Positions 20,547-29,804 of a stretch of DNA of 64,000 nt are shown piece after piece. The position numbers and the translations under genes are program-made. Each line of letters begins with the position of its first letter. The stretch's first letter is position 1. Source of the stretch: a virus; IMG/VR virus record IMGVR_UViG_3300035181_002522, positions 32,001 through 96,000 of that record, one strand, 5' to 3'. The notes under the pieces were generated by a model. It had not been told where the DNA came from, searched no databases, and saw only the letters and a list, made by a program, of their open reading frames with translations.

Positions 20547-21350
20547 ATGTCAATTTCAATTTCATCACCAAATTCTAACACCGGCAAGATTCAAGTTAAT
20601 GGTGTTGATCGCATATCAATTGGGACTGATGGAGTATTGACTGGTTCAGCAACTCCTGCACAATTTGATAATAGCACAAAAATTGCAACGACCGCGTTTA
20701 TTCAACGTGCTCTTGGTAGTTATAGAGATGCATTTTCAGTATCAACAACGACTACACTTGATGCAAATAGCATTGGTAAAATTTGTCAAATTTCTAGCGC
20801 TGGTCCTTATACGGTCACATTGCCTTCAGTTGCTGATATTCCGACCGGTGGAGTTATCCAGTTAGTATGTACTGGAACAGGAACTTTTACAATTGCTGCT
20901 CAAGCAAGTCAAAATATTTCTTATGCTTTTAATAGCTCAATCTCAAGTTTTACCATGGTAGCTGGTGATACTGCTACGTTGGTTGAAGGTGGTGGTTTCT
21001 GGAGTATACAAGAAGGTTCTAAGTTGTTGCAATTTTTACCTCAGTTTGGAGCTTCATTAATTAGCAATGGTTATCAAAAACTTCCATCTGGTTTAATTTT
21101 GCAATGGGGCACTAACAGCAACACTGGTGCATCAACTGCCGTTACATTCCCTATCGTGTTTCCATCATTATGTGTCCATTTAAGCTATGGTAGTTTTGCT
21201 AGTGCACTAACTACGGCTGGTAACTATTATCAAATAGCGCATAATAGTGTAACAGCATCTGGATTTAACTGGGGGAGTTTAACATCAGCTGGCGCCGTTA
21301 ATACAACTGCAAGTACATCAACCTTGTCATGGTTAGCGATTGGATATTAA
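20547..21350 (+). CDS. Tail fibre protein
   Basis: Paralogue of 13742..14779 (PAQFDNSTKIATTAF; NGYQKLPSGLILQWG). Start MSISI at 20547 is more likely than 20514. Confidence 0.8.
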   Translation: MSISISSPNSNTGKIQVNGVDRISIGTDGVLTGSATPAQFDNSTKIATTAFIQRALGSYRDAFSVSTTTTLDANSIGKICQISSAGPYTVTLPSVADIPTGGVIQLVCTGTGTFTIAAQASQNISYAFNSSISSFTMVAGDTATLVEGGGFWSIQEGSKLLQFLPQFGASLISNGYQKLPSGLILQWGTNSNTGASTAVTFPIVFPSLCVHLSYGSFASALTTAGNYYQIAHNSVTASGFNWGSLTSAGAVNTTASTSTLSWLAIGY

Positions 21351-21374
21351 TTGATTTAAAAATAGAATACTTAT

Positions 21375-21710
21375 ATGACTATATTTTTTGCAAAATCAGT
21401 AAATGGTTTTTATGATGATGAGATTAATACGATAATTCCAGAGGATGCTAAAGAAATTTCCTCGGAATTTCATATGGCTTTAATTAACGCTCAGGGACTT
21501 GGTAAAATAATAACTTCTAATGAAGAAGGTTATCCAATTTTAGTTGATGCTCCTGAACCAACTGAAGAAGAAATTGCAACTGAAAAAGCTAAAGCTTTGA
21601 AAGCCGAGCTAGAAGCCATTAATTACTTATTTTATGATGAACAAGCTGGAGATGTTCCAGAAGGAACTTGGAAAACTAAACGTGAAGAAATTAAAGCAAA
21701 ATACAAATAA
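21375..21710 (+). CDS. Tail fibre assembly protein (Tfa-like)
   Basis: FFAKSVNGFYD...IPEDAKEIS...Q..GK.I....GYP.L.D. Confidence 0.8.
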   Translation: MTIFFAKSVNGFYDDEINTIIPEDAKEISSEFHMALINAQGLGKIITSNEEGYPILVDAPEPTEEEIATEKAKALKAELEAINYLFYDEQAGDVPEGTWKTKREEIKAKYK

Positions 21711-21724
21711 GTTAAATTAGTTTT

Positions 21725-21756
21725 AGAAAAAAGCCGACTAGTTCGGCTTTCTTTTT
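21725..21756 (+). terminator. Intrinsic terminator
   Basis: AAAGCCGA-ctagt-TCGGCTTT followed by T's. Confidence 0.65.
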
Positions 21757-21810
21757 GCCTAATGGTTGATAAATAATCATATCTCTCAATCTGATTAAAG
21801 GTTCTAACAT

Positions 21811-23001
21811 ATGTCAGTTCAACTACATGGAACAGCTGGAATTGATGGAGTTTCAATAAATTCATCAACTCCAAATTCTGGCAATTTCACCAGTGTTAAC
21901 ATTTCAACGGGTGTTTTATCGGCAACTACTGGACAAAATTTAAATTTATCAACAAATGGCTCTCAAAAGCTGCGTATTGATACAAATGGAAACTTAAAAT
22001 TATTGGCTGCGGCAGGTTTTCAAAATGCGACTAGTGACGCTTTTTCACCTTATGTCGGGCTTAAAAATAAAATTATCAATGGTGATTTTGACATTTGGCA
22101 ACGCGCAACTGTCCAATCTACTTCTGGTTATGGCAGCAATGACCATTGGGGAGATTATCAAGGTGGTTCAGTTAAAGTTCATTCACGCCAAACATTCCCA
22201 GTTGGGCAGACTGACGTACCAAATAATCCAAAGTACTTTTCTAGAACGACGGTAACTTCAGTTGCAGGAGCTAGTAATTTTATCTTAAAAAATCAATACA
22301 TTGAAGATGTCACTAAATCATCTGGTAAAACATATACTTTGTCATTTTGGGCAAAAGCAGATGCAAGTAAAAATATCGCTGTTGAATTTTTACAATATTT
22401 TGGAACAGGTGGTTCACCGTCAACCACTGTATCAGCACTTGGGATTACAACCTTTGCTTTGACAACAACATGGCAAAAATTCACCACAACTGTGACCTTT
22501 CCATCAGTTTCAGGTAAATTAATAGGAACGAATGGTAATGATGCATATGGAGTTAACTTTTGGTTTGATGCCGGTTCGACTTATAATTCAAGAACTAACT
22601 CATTAGGTCAGCAATCTGGAGTATTTGATTTAGCTCAAGTGCAGCTTGAGGAAGGTAGCGTCGCGACTCCATTTGAAAGTAGACCAATTTCATTGGAAAC
22701 TGCGCTATGTCAACGTTATTATGAACAAATTTATGGTGTGGCGGCTGATGGATTTGGAATAACGGCTAATGTTTCAGTTGGTTGTTCAGCATGGGTTCAA
22801 TTTAATACTCCAAAACGAGTCGTACCTTCAGTTTCAATTAGTGGAACCTGGGCAGTGGTAAATTGTGGTCAACCAACTGGGGCTGGAGCAACAACCACCG
22901 GCGCTAGAATATCAACAACCACTACCGCGTCATTATCACTGTGTTCATTTGCCTCAAATTCAACCGATGATTTTATCATCATTGATGCTGAAATTCAATA
23001 A
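21811..23001 (+). CDS. Tail fibre/receptor-binding protein with CBM-like domain (paralogue A)
   Basis: KNKIINGDFDIWQR...TLSFWAKA...AQVQLEEG.VATPFE.RP...LCQRYY. Confidence 0.75.
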   Translation: MSVQLHGTAGIDGVSINSSTPNSGNFTSVNISTGVLSATTGQNLNLSTNGSQKLRIDTNGNLKLLAAAGFQNATSDAFSPYVGLKNKIINGDFDIWQRATVQSTSGYGSNDHWGDYQGGSVKVHSRQTFPVGQTDVPNNPKYFSRTTVTSVAGASNFILKNQYIEDVTKSSGKTYTLSFWAKADASKNIAVEFLQYFGTGGSPSTTVSALGITTFALTTTWQKFTTTVTFPSVSGKLIGTNGNDAYGVNFWFDAGSTYNSRTNSLGQQSGVFDLAQVQLEEGSVATPFESRPISLETALCQRYYEQIYGVAADGFGITANVSVGCSAWVQFNTPKRVVPSVSISGTWAVVNCGQPTGAGATTTGARISTTTTASLSLCSFASNSTDDFIIIDAEIQ

Positions 23002-23013
23002 AGGAATTAACTT

Positions 23014-24216
23014 ATGACTTTAACAATTAATGGAACAACTGGAATTGATAATATTGCTGTTGATGCCAATGTAGCTAACACAGGTAATTTTACTACAATT
23101 AACCTATCAACTGGTGTACTATCATCTAACATTGGACAAAATTTAACATTTGGCACTGGTAATTCAAATCAATTACAAATTGATTTGAATGGTAATGTTA
23201 AGCTATTGACAAGTGGTGCCACTTTACAAAATTCAATTGGCCAGAATTATTCGCCATATCACTTAAAAAACAAAGTTATCAATGGCAGCTTTGATATTTG
23301 GCAACGTGGAACAACTCAAACTATTTCTGGTTATGGGTCAGATGACCGCTGGAATAATCAGCATTTAGGTTCAACTAAAACTCATACACGTCAAGCTTTT
23401 ACGTTAGGTCAAACTGATGTTTCTGATAACCCAAAATATTATTCAAGAACAACTATCACATCGGTAGCTGATTCAAATAATTTTACTGCCAAAAGTCATT
23501 CAATTGAAAATGTACTTAAATCAGCTGGTAAAACATATACTTTGTCATTTTGGGCAAAAGCAGATACAAGTAAAAATATTGCCGTCGAATTTTTTCAAAA
23601 CTTTGGAACAGGTGGTTCACCGTCAGCTCAGGTATCAGCGCTTGGTGTTACTACCTTTGCTTTGACGACGGCATGGCAAAAATTCACCACGACTGTGACC
23701 TTTCCATCAATCGCTGGAAAAAAGCTTGGGACTAATAATAATGACACCTTTGGTTTTACTATCTACTTTGAAGCCGGGTCAAATTATAACTCAAGAACTA
23801 ACTCATTAGGTCAGCAATCTGGCACTTTTGATATTGCTCAAACCCAACTTGAAGAAGGTTATGTAGCAACTGAGTTTGAAACAAGGCCTGTTGGATTTGA
23901 ATTACAGCAATGTCAACGTTATTTTGAGGTGATAGGTGGGGTCAATAATGCGTTAACTGGGATTGGATATGGGGCTTCTTCTGGTACTGGTGGTGCTCGT
24001 TGCAATATTTCATTTAAAGCATTAAAGCGTACAACCCCAATGGTTACCAAATTAGGAACCTGGCTTGTTAGCAATGTTGGCCAGCCAACAGCAAATTTCG
24101 TTAGCACTAGCAGCTTAACACTAGATGCTGTATCAACTGGAACAAGTGTTGGTTGTTCTTTTCAATGTGATTCAACCGACGATTTAATAACAATTGACGC
24201 TGAAACAAACGTTTAA
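23014..24216 (+). CDS. Tail fibre/receptor-binding protein (paralogue B)
   Basis: Same motifs as paralogue A. Confidence 0.75.
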   Translation: MTLTINGTTGIDNIAVDANVANTGNFTTINLSTGVLSSNIGQNLTFGTGNSNQLQIDLNGNVKLLTSGATLQNSIGQNYSPYHLKNKVINGSFDIWQRGTTQTISGYGSDDRWNNQHLGSTKTHTRQAFTLGQTDVSDNPKYYSRTTITSVADSNNFTAKSHSIENVLKSAGKTYTLSFWAKADTSKNIAVEFFQNFGTGGSPSAQVSALGVTTFALTTAWQKFTTTVTFPSIAGKKLGTNNNDTFGFTIYFEAGSNYNSRTNSLGQQSGTFDIAQTQLEEGYVATEFETRPVGFELQQCQRYFEVIGGVNNALTGIGYGASSGTGGARCNISFKALKRTTPMVTKLGTWLVSNVGQPTANFVSTSSLTLDAVSTGTSVGCSFQCDSTDDLITIDAETNV

Positions 24217-24229
24217 CAAGGAATAGAAT

Positions 24230-25429
24230 ATGACAATTCAACTTACAGGGACTGGTATTGATAATGCTGGAATAAATCCAATTACGCCAAAGAGTGGGCA
24301 ATTCACAGTGTTGAATACTACTGGCAGTGTTTCAGCAGCAATTGGTCAAAATTTTGTCTTTAATACTAATGGAACTAATAAAGCGCAAATAGATACGACC
24401 GGTAATTTAAAGCTTTTGACTTCAACGGCGGCATTTCAAAATACGATTGGTGATGCAATTTCTCCATATGGGGCATTTAGAAATAAAATCATAAATGGAA
24501 ATTTTGACTTTTGGCAGCGTGGTACAACTCAATCGGCATTTTCAGGATATGGAAGTGATGACCGTTGGGTAAATTCTCATGCCGGTTCTTCAAAGGTTCA
24601 TTCACAACAAGCCTTTACAATTGGCCAAACTGCGGTTCCAAATAATCCAAAGTACTTTTCAAGAACAGTGGTATCATCAATTGCGGGAGCTAGCAATTTT
24701 GTTGTTAAAGCTCATTACATTGAAGATGTATCAAAGTTGTCTGGTAAAACTTTAACTTTATCTTTCTGGGGTAAAGCTGATACAAATCGAAATATTGCAA
24801 TTGATTTTTCACAGTACTTTGGTTCAACTGGGTCACCATCAGCTCAAGTTAATTTTGGTTCAACTATATTTGCACTTACTTCAAGTTGGCAGAAATTTAC
24901 AACAACCGTTAGTTTTCCATCAGTTGCTGGTAAAACATTAGGAACTGACACAAACAATGATAGAAATGTCATCAATTTTTGGTTTGATGCTGGTTCAACT
25001 TATAATTCAAGAACTAACTCATTAGGTCAGCAATCTGGCACTTTTGATATTGCTCAAGTACAGCTTGAAGAGGGCAACATAGCAACTCCATTTGAAACTC
25101 GACCACAAGAAGTTGAATTTGCTTTATGCCAACGTTATTATGAAATAGTTGGTGGTGCAGTAAACACTGTAGCGGCAAATGGATACTGTGTTTCTTCAGG
25201 TTCTGGTGGAGCGGCACTTTGGATAAGCTATAGTGTTTCTAAAAGAATCACCCCAATAGTAACTAAAAATGGTACATGGTTTGTTAGCAATGTTAGTCAA
25301 CCAACGGTTAATGGAATAACAACTGAAGGATTTAAGCTTGGTGCTGTTTCAACTGCGACTAATACAGGCTGTACTTTTTATTGCGATTCAACAGATGACT
25401 TTATAACAATAGATGCTGAATTTGTTTAA
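24230..25429 (+). CDS. Tail fibre/receptor-binding protein (paralogue C)
   Basis: Same motifs as paralogue A. Confidence 0.75.
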   Translation: MTIQLTGTGIDNAGINPITPKSGQFTVLNTTGSVSAAIGQNFVFNTNGTNKAQIDTTGNLKLLTSTAAFQNTIGDAISPYGAFRNKIINGNFDFWQRGTTQSAFSGYGSDDRWVNSHAGSSKVHSQQAFTIGQTAVPNNPKYFSRTVVSSIAGASNFVVKAHYIEDVSKLSGKTLTLSFWGKADTNRNIAIDFSQYFGSTGSPSAQVNFGSTIFALTSSWQKFTTTVSFPSVAGKTLGTDTNNDRNVINFWFDAGSTYNSRTNSLGQQSGTFDIAQVQLEEGNIATPFETRPQEVEFALCQRYYEIVGGAVNTVAANGYCVSSGSGGAALWISYSVSKRITPIVTKNGTWFVSNVSQPTVNGITTEGFKLGAVSTATNTGCTFYCDSTDDFITIDAEFV

Positions 25430-25433
25430 ATGT

Positions 25434-25459
25434 AAAAAGGGCTGTTAAGCCCTTTTTTT
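25434..25459. terminator. Bidirectional terminator between convergent genes
   Basis: AAAAAGGGCT-gtta-AGCCCTTTTTT. Confidence 0.65.
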
Positions 25460-26005
25460 ATATAGTTGATTTATTGAATACTTCATTCCTTTATGCTCAT
25501 AAGGACCATATTCAATTCGTTTTTCCCAAACCCCATACTGATTAGGCTCTTCTGTCGATAATATTGGGAATGTAATATCACCAGCTGACTGTATATGAAC
25601 AACCGTTTCATATACAATGTCAACTAACCCATCAGCTAAGGCTTGTTCATAAATTATTCCACCACCAATTACAACCGCTTCATCATTAACGCTGTGAGCA
25701 ACGCTAATTGCCTTAGCTAGGGTGTCAACGGTGACGACTGGGATACGATCGTAGCCATAGCTTAAGTGGCCATTAACAAATGGAAAAATTTTGTCAGGGG
25801 AACGTGTGATGACAATATTTAATCGCGCGTCAAGTGGTTTTCCTAAAGAAAGAAAGGTATTACTACCCATGATGACAGGTTTATGCAGAGTCAATTCTCG
25901 AAAATATTTCAGGTCAGCTGGGATATGCCATGGGATTGAATTTGAAGTAGAATTACCAATATGCCAATCAAGGTCGTGTGCAACTACTAAACTTACTCGT
26001 TTCAT
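25445..26005 (-). CDS. frd: Dihydrofolate reductase
   Basis: IPWHIPADLKYFRELT, VIMG.NTF.SL.KPL..R.NIVITR, VIGGG.IY. Confidence 0.92.
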   Translation of the reverse strand: MKRVSLVVAHDLDWHIGNSTSNSIPWHIPADLKYFRELTLHKPVIMGSNTFLSLGKPLDARLNIVITRSPDKIFPFVNGHLSYGYDRIPVVTVDTLAKAISVAHSVNDEAVVIGGGIIYEQALADGLVDIVYETVVHIQSAGDITFPILSTEEPNQYGVWEKRIEYGPYEHKGMKYSINQLYKKRA

Positions 26006-26202
26006 ATTATGCTTGCTGTAGTAGGTGGCGCTGGAATTTCTAATTTTGTTGCTGAATCAGGTTGTGGAATTGCAGGAAGTTGCCTCCAACCTTTTTCATT
26101 TTGCCAAAGGCTCATAATCCAGCAAGTTCCATCATCACACAATGAAACAACTTCTCCATTATCAGCAATAGCAATATTAATTATTTTTCTCATCATTATC
26201 AC
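26002..26202 (-). CDS. Hypothetical protein
   Basis: LCDDGT.W...W..LP.IPQ small phage protein pattern; overlaps the DHFR start. Confidence 0.6.
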   Translation of the reverse strand: MIMMRKIINIAIADNGEVVSLCDDGTCWIMSLWQNEKGWRQLPAIPQPDSATKLEIPAPPTTASII

Positions 26203-26254
26203 TCATTATAATGTTATTTAATAAAAGAACTGCGTAAGTTCAGAAATAGTGCCT

Positions 26255-27013
26255 TTAATTCTTACCTTCGTCTCGTTTTCTTTTTCTAAATGATTGTTTT
26301 AAGTCAAACCCTTTTGAAACAATAAGGTCTTTATCGGCTATTGTAACAGGTGGAACAATATCTAGATTATCTTTTAAGATGTTCCCAAGATAATAATCTA
26401 GTTCTTGATAAAGCCTTTCCGCTGGGTATATTGCAGCAAAACCAAGTTCTGAAAGTCTTGGAATATCTTCATTCACGTAAACATAAACACCATTAGTTTG
26501 AACCTTATGCTGTTTAGAATAAGTGAACCCATTGCAAGTAATATATCCATCAACAAAAAATACTGGCTGTTGAAGTATTCTGCTGACTTCAACTAGTTGG
26601 TCATTCCATTTTGGAATGAAATCTTTTTCATTAATTGGAGACCACCACCAATACAATAATTCTTTCTTTACTATTTGAAATATTCCAGCATCTGTCTCTG
26701 GATTATAAATTTTCCAGGAAGTCCATTTGTCACTGATATCAAATTTTTGTTTGATATTTTTACGAAAACAAAGGTACTGTTTACCACAAACAAAAAGGTA
26801 TTTAATTTGGATATCTTCAATGCCACGGTTAAAATTTAACTTAAATTCTTGAACCTTTAAAGGAACTAGCAAATCATAGCTAAATTCAAAGTTTAATTGT
26901 TTTTTAGCTCCTTCTAAAGATATTTTATTGCGAAGGTAGACAGTGTTAGTGTCTACCCCGAATTGTGTCGAACAGTAATCATAGTAGTCTTTATATTTAC
27001 TAACAATTTTCAC
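26255..27013 (-). CDS. Conserved hypothetical phage protein
   Basis: 252 aa; MKIVSKYKDYYD N-terminus, KGFDLK.SFR C-terminus; AGGAG RBS. Confidence 0.7.
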   Translation of the reverse strand: MKIVSKYKDYYDYCSTQFGVDTNTVYLRNKISLEGAKKQLNFEFSYDLLVPLKVQEFKLNFNRGIEDIQIKYLFVCGKQYLCFRKNIKQKFDISDKWTSWKIYNPETDAGIFQIVKKELLYWWWSPINEKDFIPKWNDQLVEVSRILQQPVFFVDGYITCNGFTYSKQHKVQTNGVYVYVNEDIPRLSELGFAAIYPAERLYQELDYYLGNILKDNLDIVPPVTIADKDLIVSKGFDLKQSFRKRKRDEGKN

Positions 27014-27068
27014 CTAGAATTTCTCCTTTAGTTAAATTGCAAAGACTACCATGACACTGTTGAGGTGT

Positions 27069-28661
27069 TTACAGTTTGCCTGTAGCGAAGTTGCTAATCA
27101 GTTGCGGAACAGCTGAATCAAAACCAACAATATCCAAAGAATGGCTATCAGTTGGGTCAGCTACGGAAAAGTTAGTGACCGTAGTACCACAAATGACATA
27201 TCTAGCTTCTTTGTTGAATGAACCGCGGAACTGCTCCAATGCTTGACGTGGGTGGCAACCACGATTAACTTCATTGTCAGTGATTGACACGAAACAATCC
27301 ACTGGCAATTTATTTGCAATTGCGTAATCGACTGGAGCGGCCAAGTTGGTAGAGCTCCAATTAAAACGACGTACAACTTCCATTGCTTCATTCAAACTCA
27401 TTCGGTCATGAATGTTCAGCTCGCTAAAGCCAGTGCTAAAGCCACAGATAACATAGTTTTTCTCGGTTTTCATGATAGCCATCGCGATAACAGTAGCCGC
27501 TTCAGCCGCAGTGATGTTGTCCAAACCATATACGTGAGTGTTAAACATTGAGCCAGAGCAGTCTATGCCAAGCAAGAAATTTTTGCCGGTTGGCTCAACA
27601 TTTTTGAAGGCTTCATAAAAAGCTGCGTCCAGTGCACTAACGATACGTTGGTTTGGTTGCCAAGTCAAAGAACCTTTAACACTACGTCCAGAACTGTAAG
27701 TTTTCAATGCAGCCAATACGTTGATTGGGTGAATACGAGAGCGCTTCAGTAATTCAGTATCAGAAAGTAAGTTGATAACAGTTTTTGATGCATCAGACAA
27801 TGAGCCTAACATACCAATGCTTGACATACGACCAAGGTTACGTAGCAACGCGGTATAACCGATTTTTTCAATTAGTTTTTCCCAGATTTGAGAATTACGT
27901 AATAGCTGAGTTGGCAGCATTTCCCAAGTTAATCCGTCGTTTTCGATTGCTATGATTGCATTTTTAACCGTTGGGTTTGCATGCAGTTCAGAGAAGACGC
28001 GAACAATTTTAGGAGAAGTTTCAGTGACTTCTTTTGTCACTGCCCAACGATACGCATTTGAGCGCTCTTCGGTATCTGGTTTAACGTGAGCCAAGCGCAA
28101 TACGTCACGGTGTGACCAACCATCACGGCTTTGGTATTTCAGCATTTGGAAAACAACTTTGTCGAGTTCTTTTTTGTTGTACCAGGCAGAGATACCACGT
28201 TTTGCAACTGCATTCCATTTACCTAACTGATTAACCGTCTCAACGAATTGAAACAAGTGTGTACCGATGCGGCAAACTTTTGGCAGAGCGTCATATGCAG
28301 CTTTACGACCAGCTTCATCAGCATAGATGGAAGTCAATGCCAAAGCGAAGATTGCTGGGTCATTTTTAGGTGCGCGACCGCCATTTGAAATTTCAACGAT
28401 ACGGTTAACAACAGTGATTGCGTCTTGTTTGATGAGCTTAATTACATTTGTCGCGGCAGCTTCAGTCAGTTTTTTTGCTGAAGTGTAGTACGTTGGGCGG
28501 TCACTTCCCAATATCAAAAATCTGTCCAAATAGCCCCAGTCATCAAGCTTAAACGTATAGCCACCAGTTGAGTTGACAACCATTTCAGCTTCACGACCAA
28601 CGATAGAACAAGTTACTGGAGTATTTTGAGTTGCTTGCTTGAGGGTTTTTGCATATGACAT
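27069..28661 (-). CDS. rsr: Ro60/Rsr RNA-binding protein (TROVE + vWA)
   Basis: NSTGGY.F, LDRFLILGS...TYY, GRAPKNDP, RIGTHLFQF, KYQSRDGWSHRDVLRLAH, ALLRNLG, SRIHP, MIDAS D.SGSM, TDNE, GFD. Confidence 0.95.
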   Translation of the reverse strand: MSYAKTLKQATQNTPVTCSIVGREAEMVVNSTGGYTFKLDDWGYLDRFLILGSDRPTYYTSAKKLTEAAATNVIKLIKQDAITVVNRIVEISNGGRAPKNDPAIFALALTSIYADEAGRKAAYDALPKVCRIGTHLFQFVETVNQLGKWNAVAKRGISAWYNKKELDKVVFQMLKYQSRDGWSHRDVLRLAHVKPDTEERSNAYRWAVTKEVTETSPKIVRVFSELHANPTVKNAIIAIENDGLTWEMLPTQLLRNSQIWEKLIEKIGYTALLRNLGRMSSIGMLGSLSDASKTVINLLSDTELLKRSRIHPINVLAALKTYSSGRSVKGSLTWQPNQRIVSALDAAFYEAFKNVEPTGKNFLLGIDCSGSMFNTHVYGLDNITAAEAATVIAMAIMKTEKNYVICGFSTGFSELNIHDRMSLNEAMEVVRRFNWSSTNLAAPVDYAIANKLPVDCFVSITDNEVNRGCHPRQALEQFRGSFNKEARYVICGTTVTNFSVADPTDSHSLDIVGFDSAVPQLISNFATGKL

Positions 28662-28694
28662 ATTACGGCTCCATTTATTAGGGCAAAATATAAA

Positions 28695-29016
28695 ACAACT
28701 TAGACAGCAAGTAGTGAAATCGGGAATTTCAGTTTACACCCTATCTTTCCATGCCGAAACAGAGGGTAAAGTACCACAGAGGTCATAACCTATCCTCACA
28801 AAGGGAGTAAGGAATCCCGTCGACAATTAACGTAGTGTCAACTCACGCTTAATAATTCGCTACTAAAAGCTAGTTATGATTTAGCTCATAACGGCATCCC
28901 TGTCACCTGCAGGTCTGGGTGCTCTTGAAGTCGGTCATCCTTTCGAATCCAAACCTTGCAAAAGCATTTATTAGTGACAGTTAAGATAACCAATTTCGAT
29001 CGGCAATCTAAGTTGT
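28695..29016 (-). ncRNA. Long Y-RNA-like (Yrl-type) structured RNA, ~320 nt
   Basis: The ends pair (ACAACUUAGA/UCUAAGUUGU, then GAAAUUGG/CCGAUUUC). 5' GAUCGAA...GGUUAUC resembles the Ro-binding module. Several internal helices have G-U pairs only on the - strand. Directly upstream of Ro60. Confidence 0.7.
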
Positions 29017-29093
29017 AGTTTTTATCTGAACATTAAGTTCAAATTCGTTTCAAGCCAGAAAAGAGTAATTACTTATCAACCTGAAAAAAGGAT

Positions 29094-29143
29094 ATTATAA
29101 CACCACGTAAAATATTTTTACATTTTAGAACGTGGTGTTATAA
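29094..29143 (-). promoter_or_regulatory. Sigma70-like promoter (extended -10 TGtTATAAT) inside a 14-bp inverted repeat
   Basis: TTATAACACCACGT 29095-29108 / ACGTGGTGTTATAA 29130-29143; TATAAT on the - strand at 29094-29099. Confidence 0.55.
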
Positions 29144-29155
29144 CTTTGACAGGAA

Positions 29156-29719
29156 TTAAGCGTCTTTAGTCATCAGTACATCGTCAAACGCACCACCAGC
29201 TCCAAAATGAGCTTTAAGCTGATTATAAGCACGTTGATAAAAATTAAACATTTTGTCAATGTTCGTTTTTAATTTATTCATTGCCGTTGTATCACCACCT
29301 TTTGCGGCTTCTAACTGAGCACGCCATGCTTTCGCTAATGATGGGGCATGAGTTGCTCCAATATCTTGAAGTAGCTCATCAGCATTACGCTTTTCACTAA
29401 ATTCTTTGGGCGCATGCGGGTTATCTAAGCCGTCTAAGAATTTAAAAAAGTTTTTAGAAGCACCTGATTGGTCAATCTTAGAAAAATCGTCTATAACGTC
29501 ACGATCGTCTTTACGACCTAATAGCTGTAGCCCAGCTAGTGCGTTTGACATCTCGTCTAATTCATTATCTTCTAAACTTTCAAGTGGGTTTTCATTTTTC
29601 AAACCAAACTGCGCATGAAGATGTCCAAGGAACTTATCAACTCGTTCCATCAGAATAAATTCTTGCTTATGCTCGTCTCGAATGGTTTGCAACTCTACCA
29701 AGAGTTCAAGTGCAGCCAT
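29156..29719 (-). CDS. Hypothetical helical protein, late-expressed
   Basis: 187 aa; AAGGAG RBS; TATAAATA at 29784-29791 (-). Confidence 0.7.
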   Translation of the reverse strand: MAALELLVELQTIRDEHKQEFILMERVDKFLGHLHAQFGLKNENPLESLEDNELDEMSNALAGLQLLGRKDDRDVIDDFSKIDQSGASKNFFKFLDGLDNPHAPKEFSEKRNADELLQDIGATHAPSLAKAWRAQLEAAKGGDTTAMNKLKTNIDKMFNFYQRAYNQLKAHFGAGGAFDDVLMTKDA

Positions 29720-29804
29720 GTGTATCTCCTTTAAAAAGTATGTTTTTCAATTTGCAAATTGAGCTATAATTTAGCCATAACACTATTTATATGCTTGCAT
29801 AATG

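Noticed and set aside
21811-25429. Diversity-generating retroelement or invertible shufflon
   Set aside because: No reverse transcriptase or recombinase in the window, differences are not adenine-specific, and all three copies are direct and intact.
28829-28835. Base-pairing between a Y-like RNA loop (CUACGUU) and the array motif AACGUAG
   Set aside because: Only 7 nt, which is chance level.
28695-29016. tmRNA, tRNA or RNase P RNA
   Set aside because: GGAUUCGA and a + strand ...GCT TAA TAA look tmRNA-like, but there is no GGGG acceptor stem, CCA end, paired T-arm or ALAA-type tag. RNase P conserved regions were not found, and G-U pairs point to the - strand.
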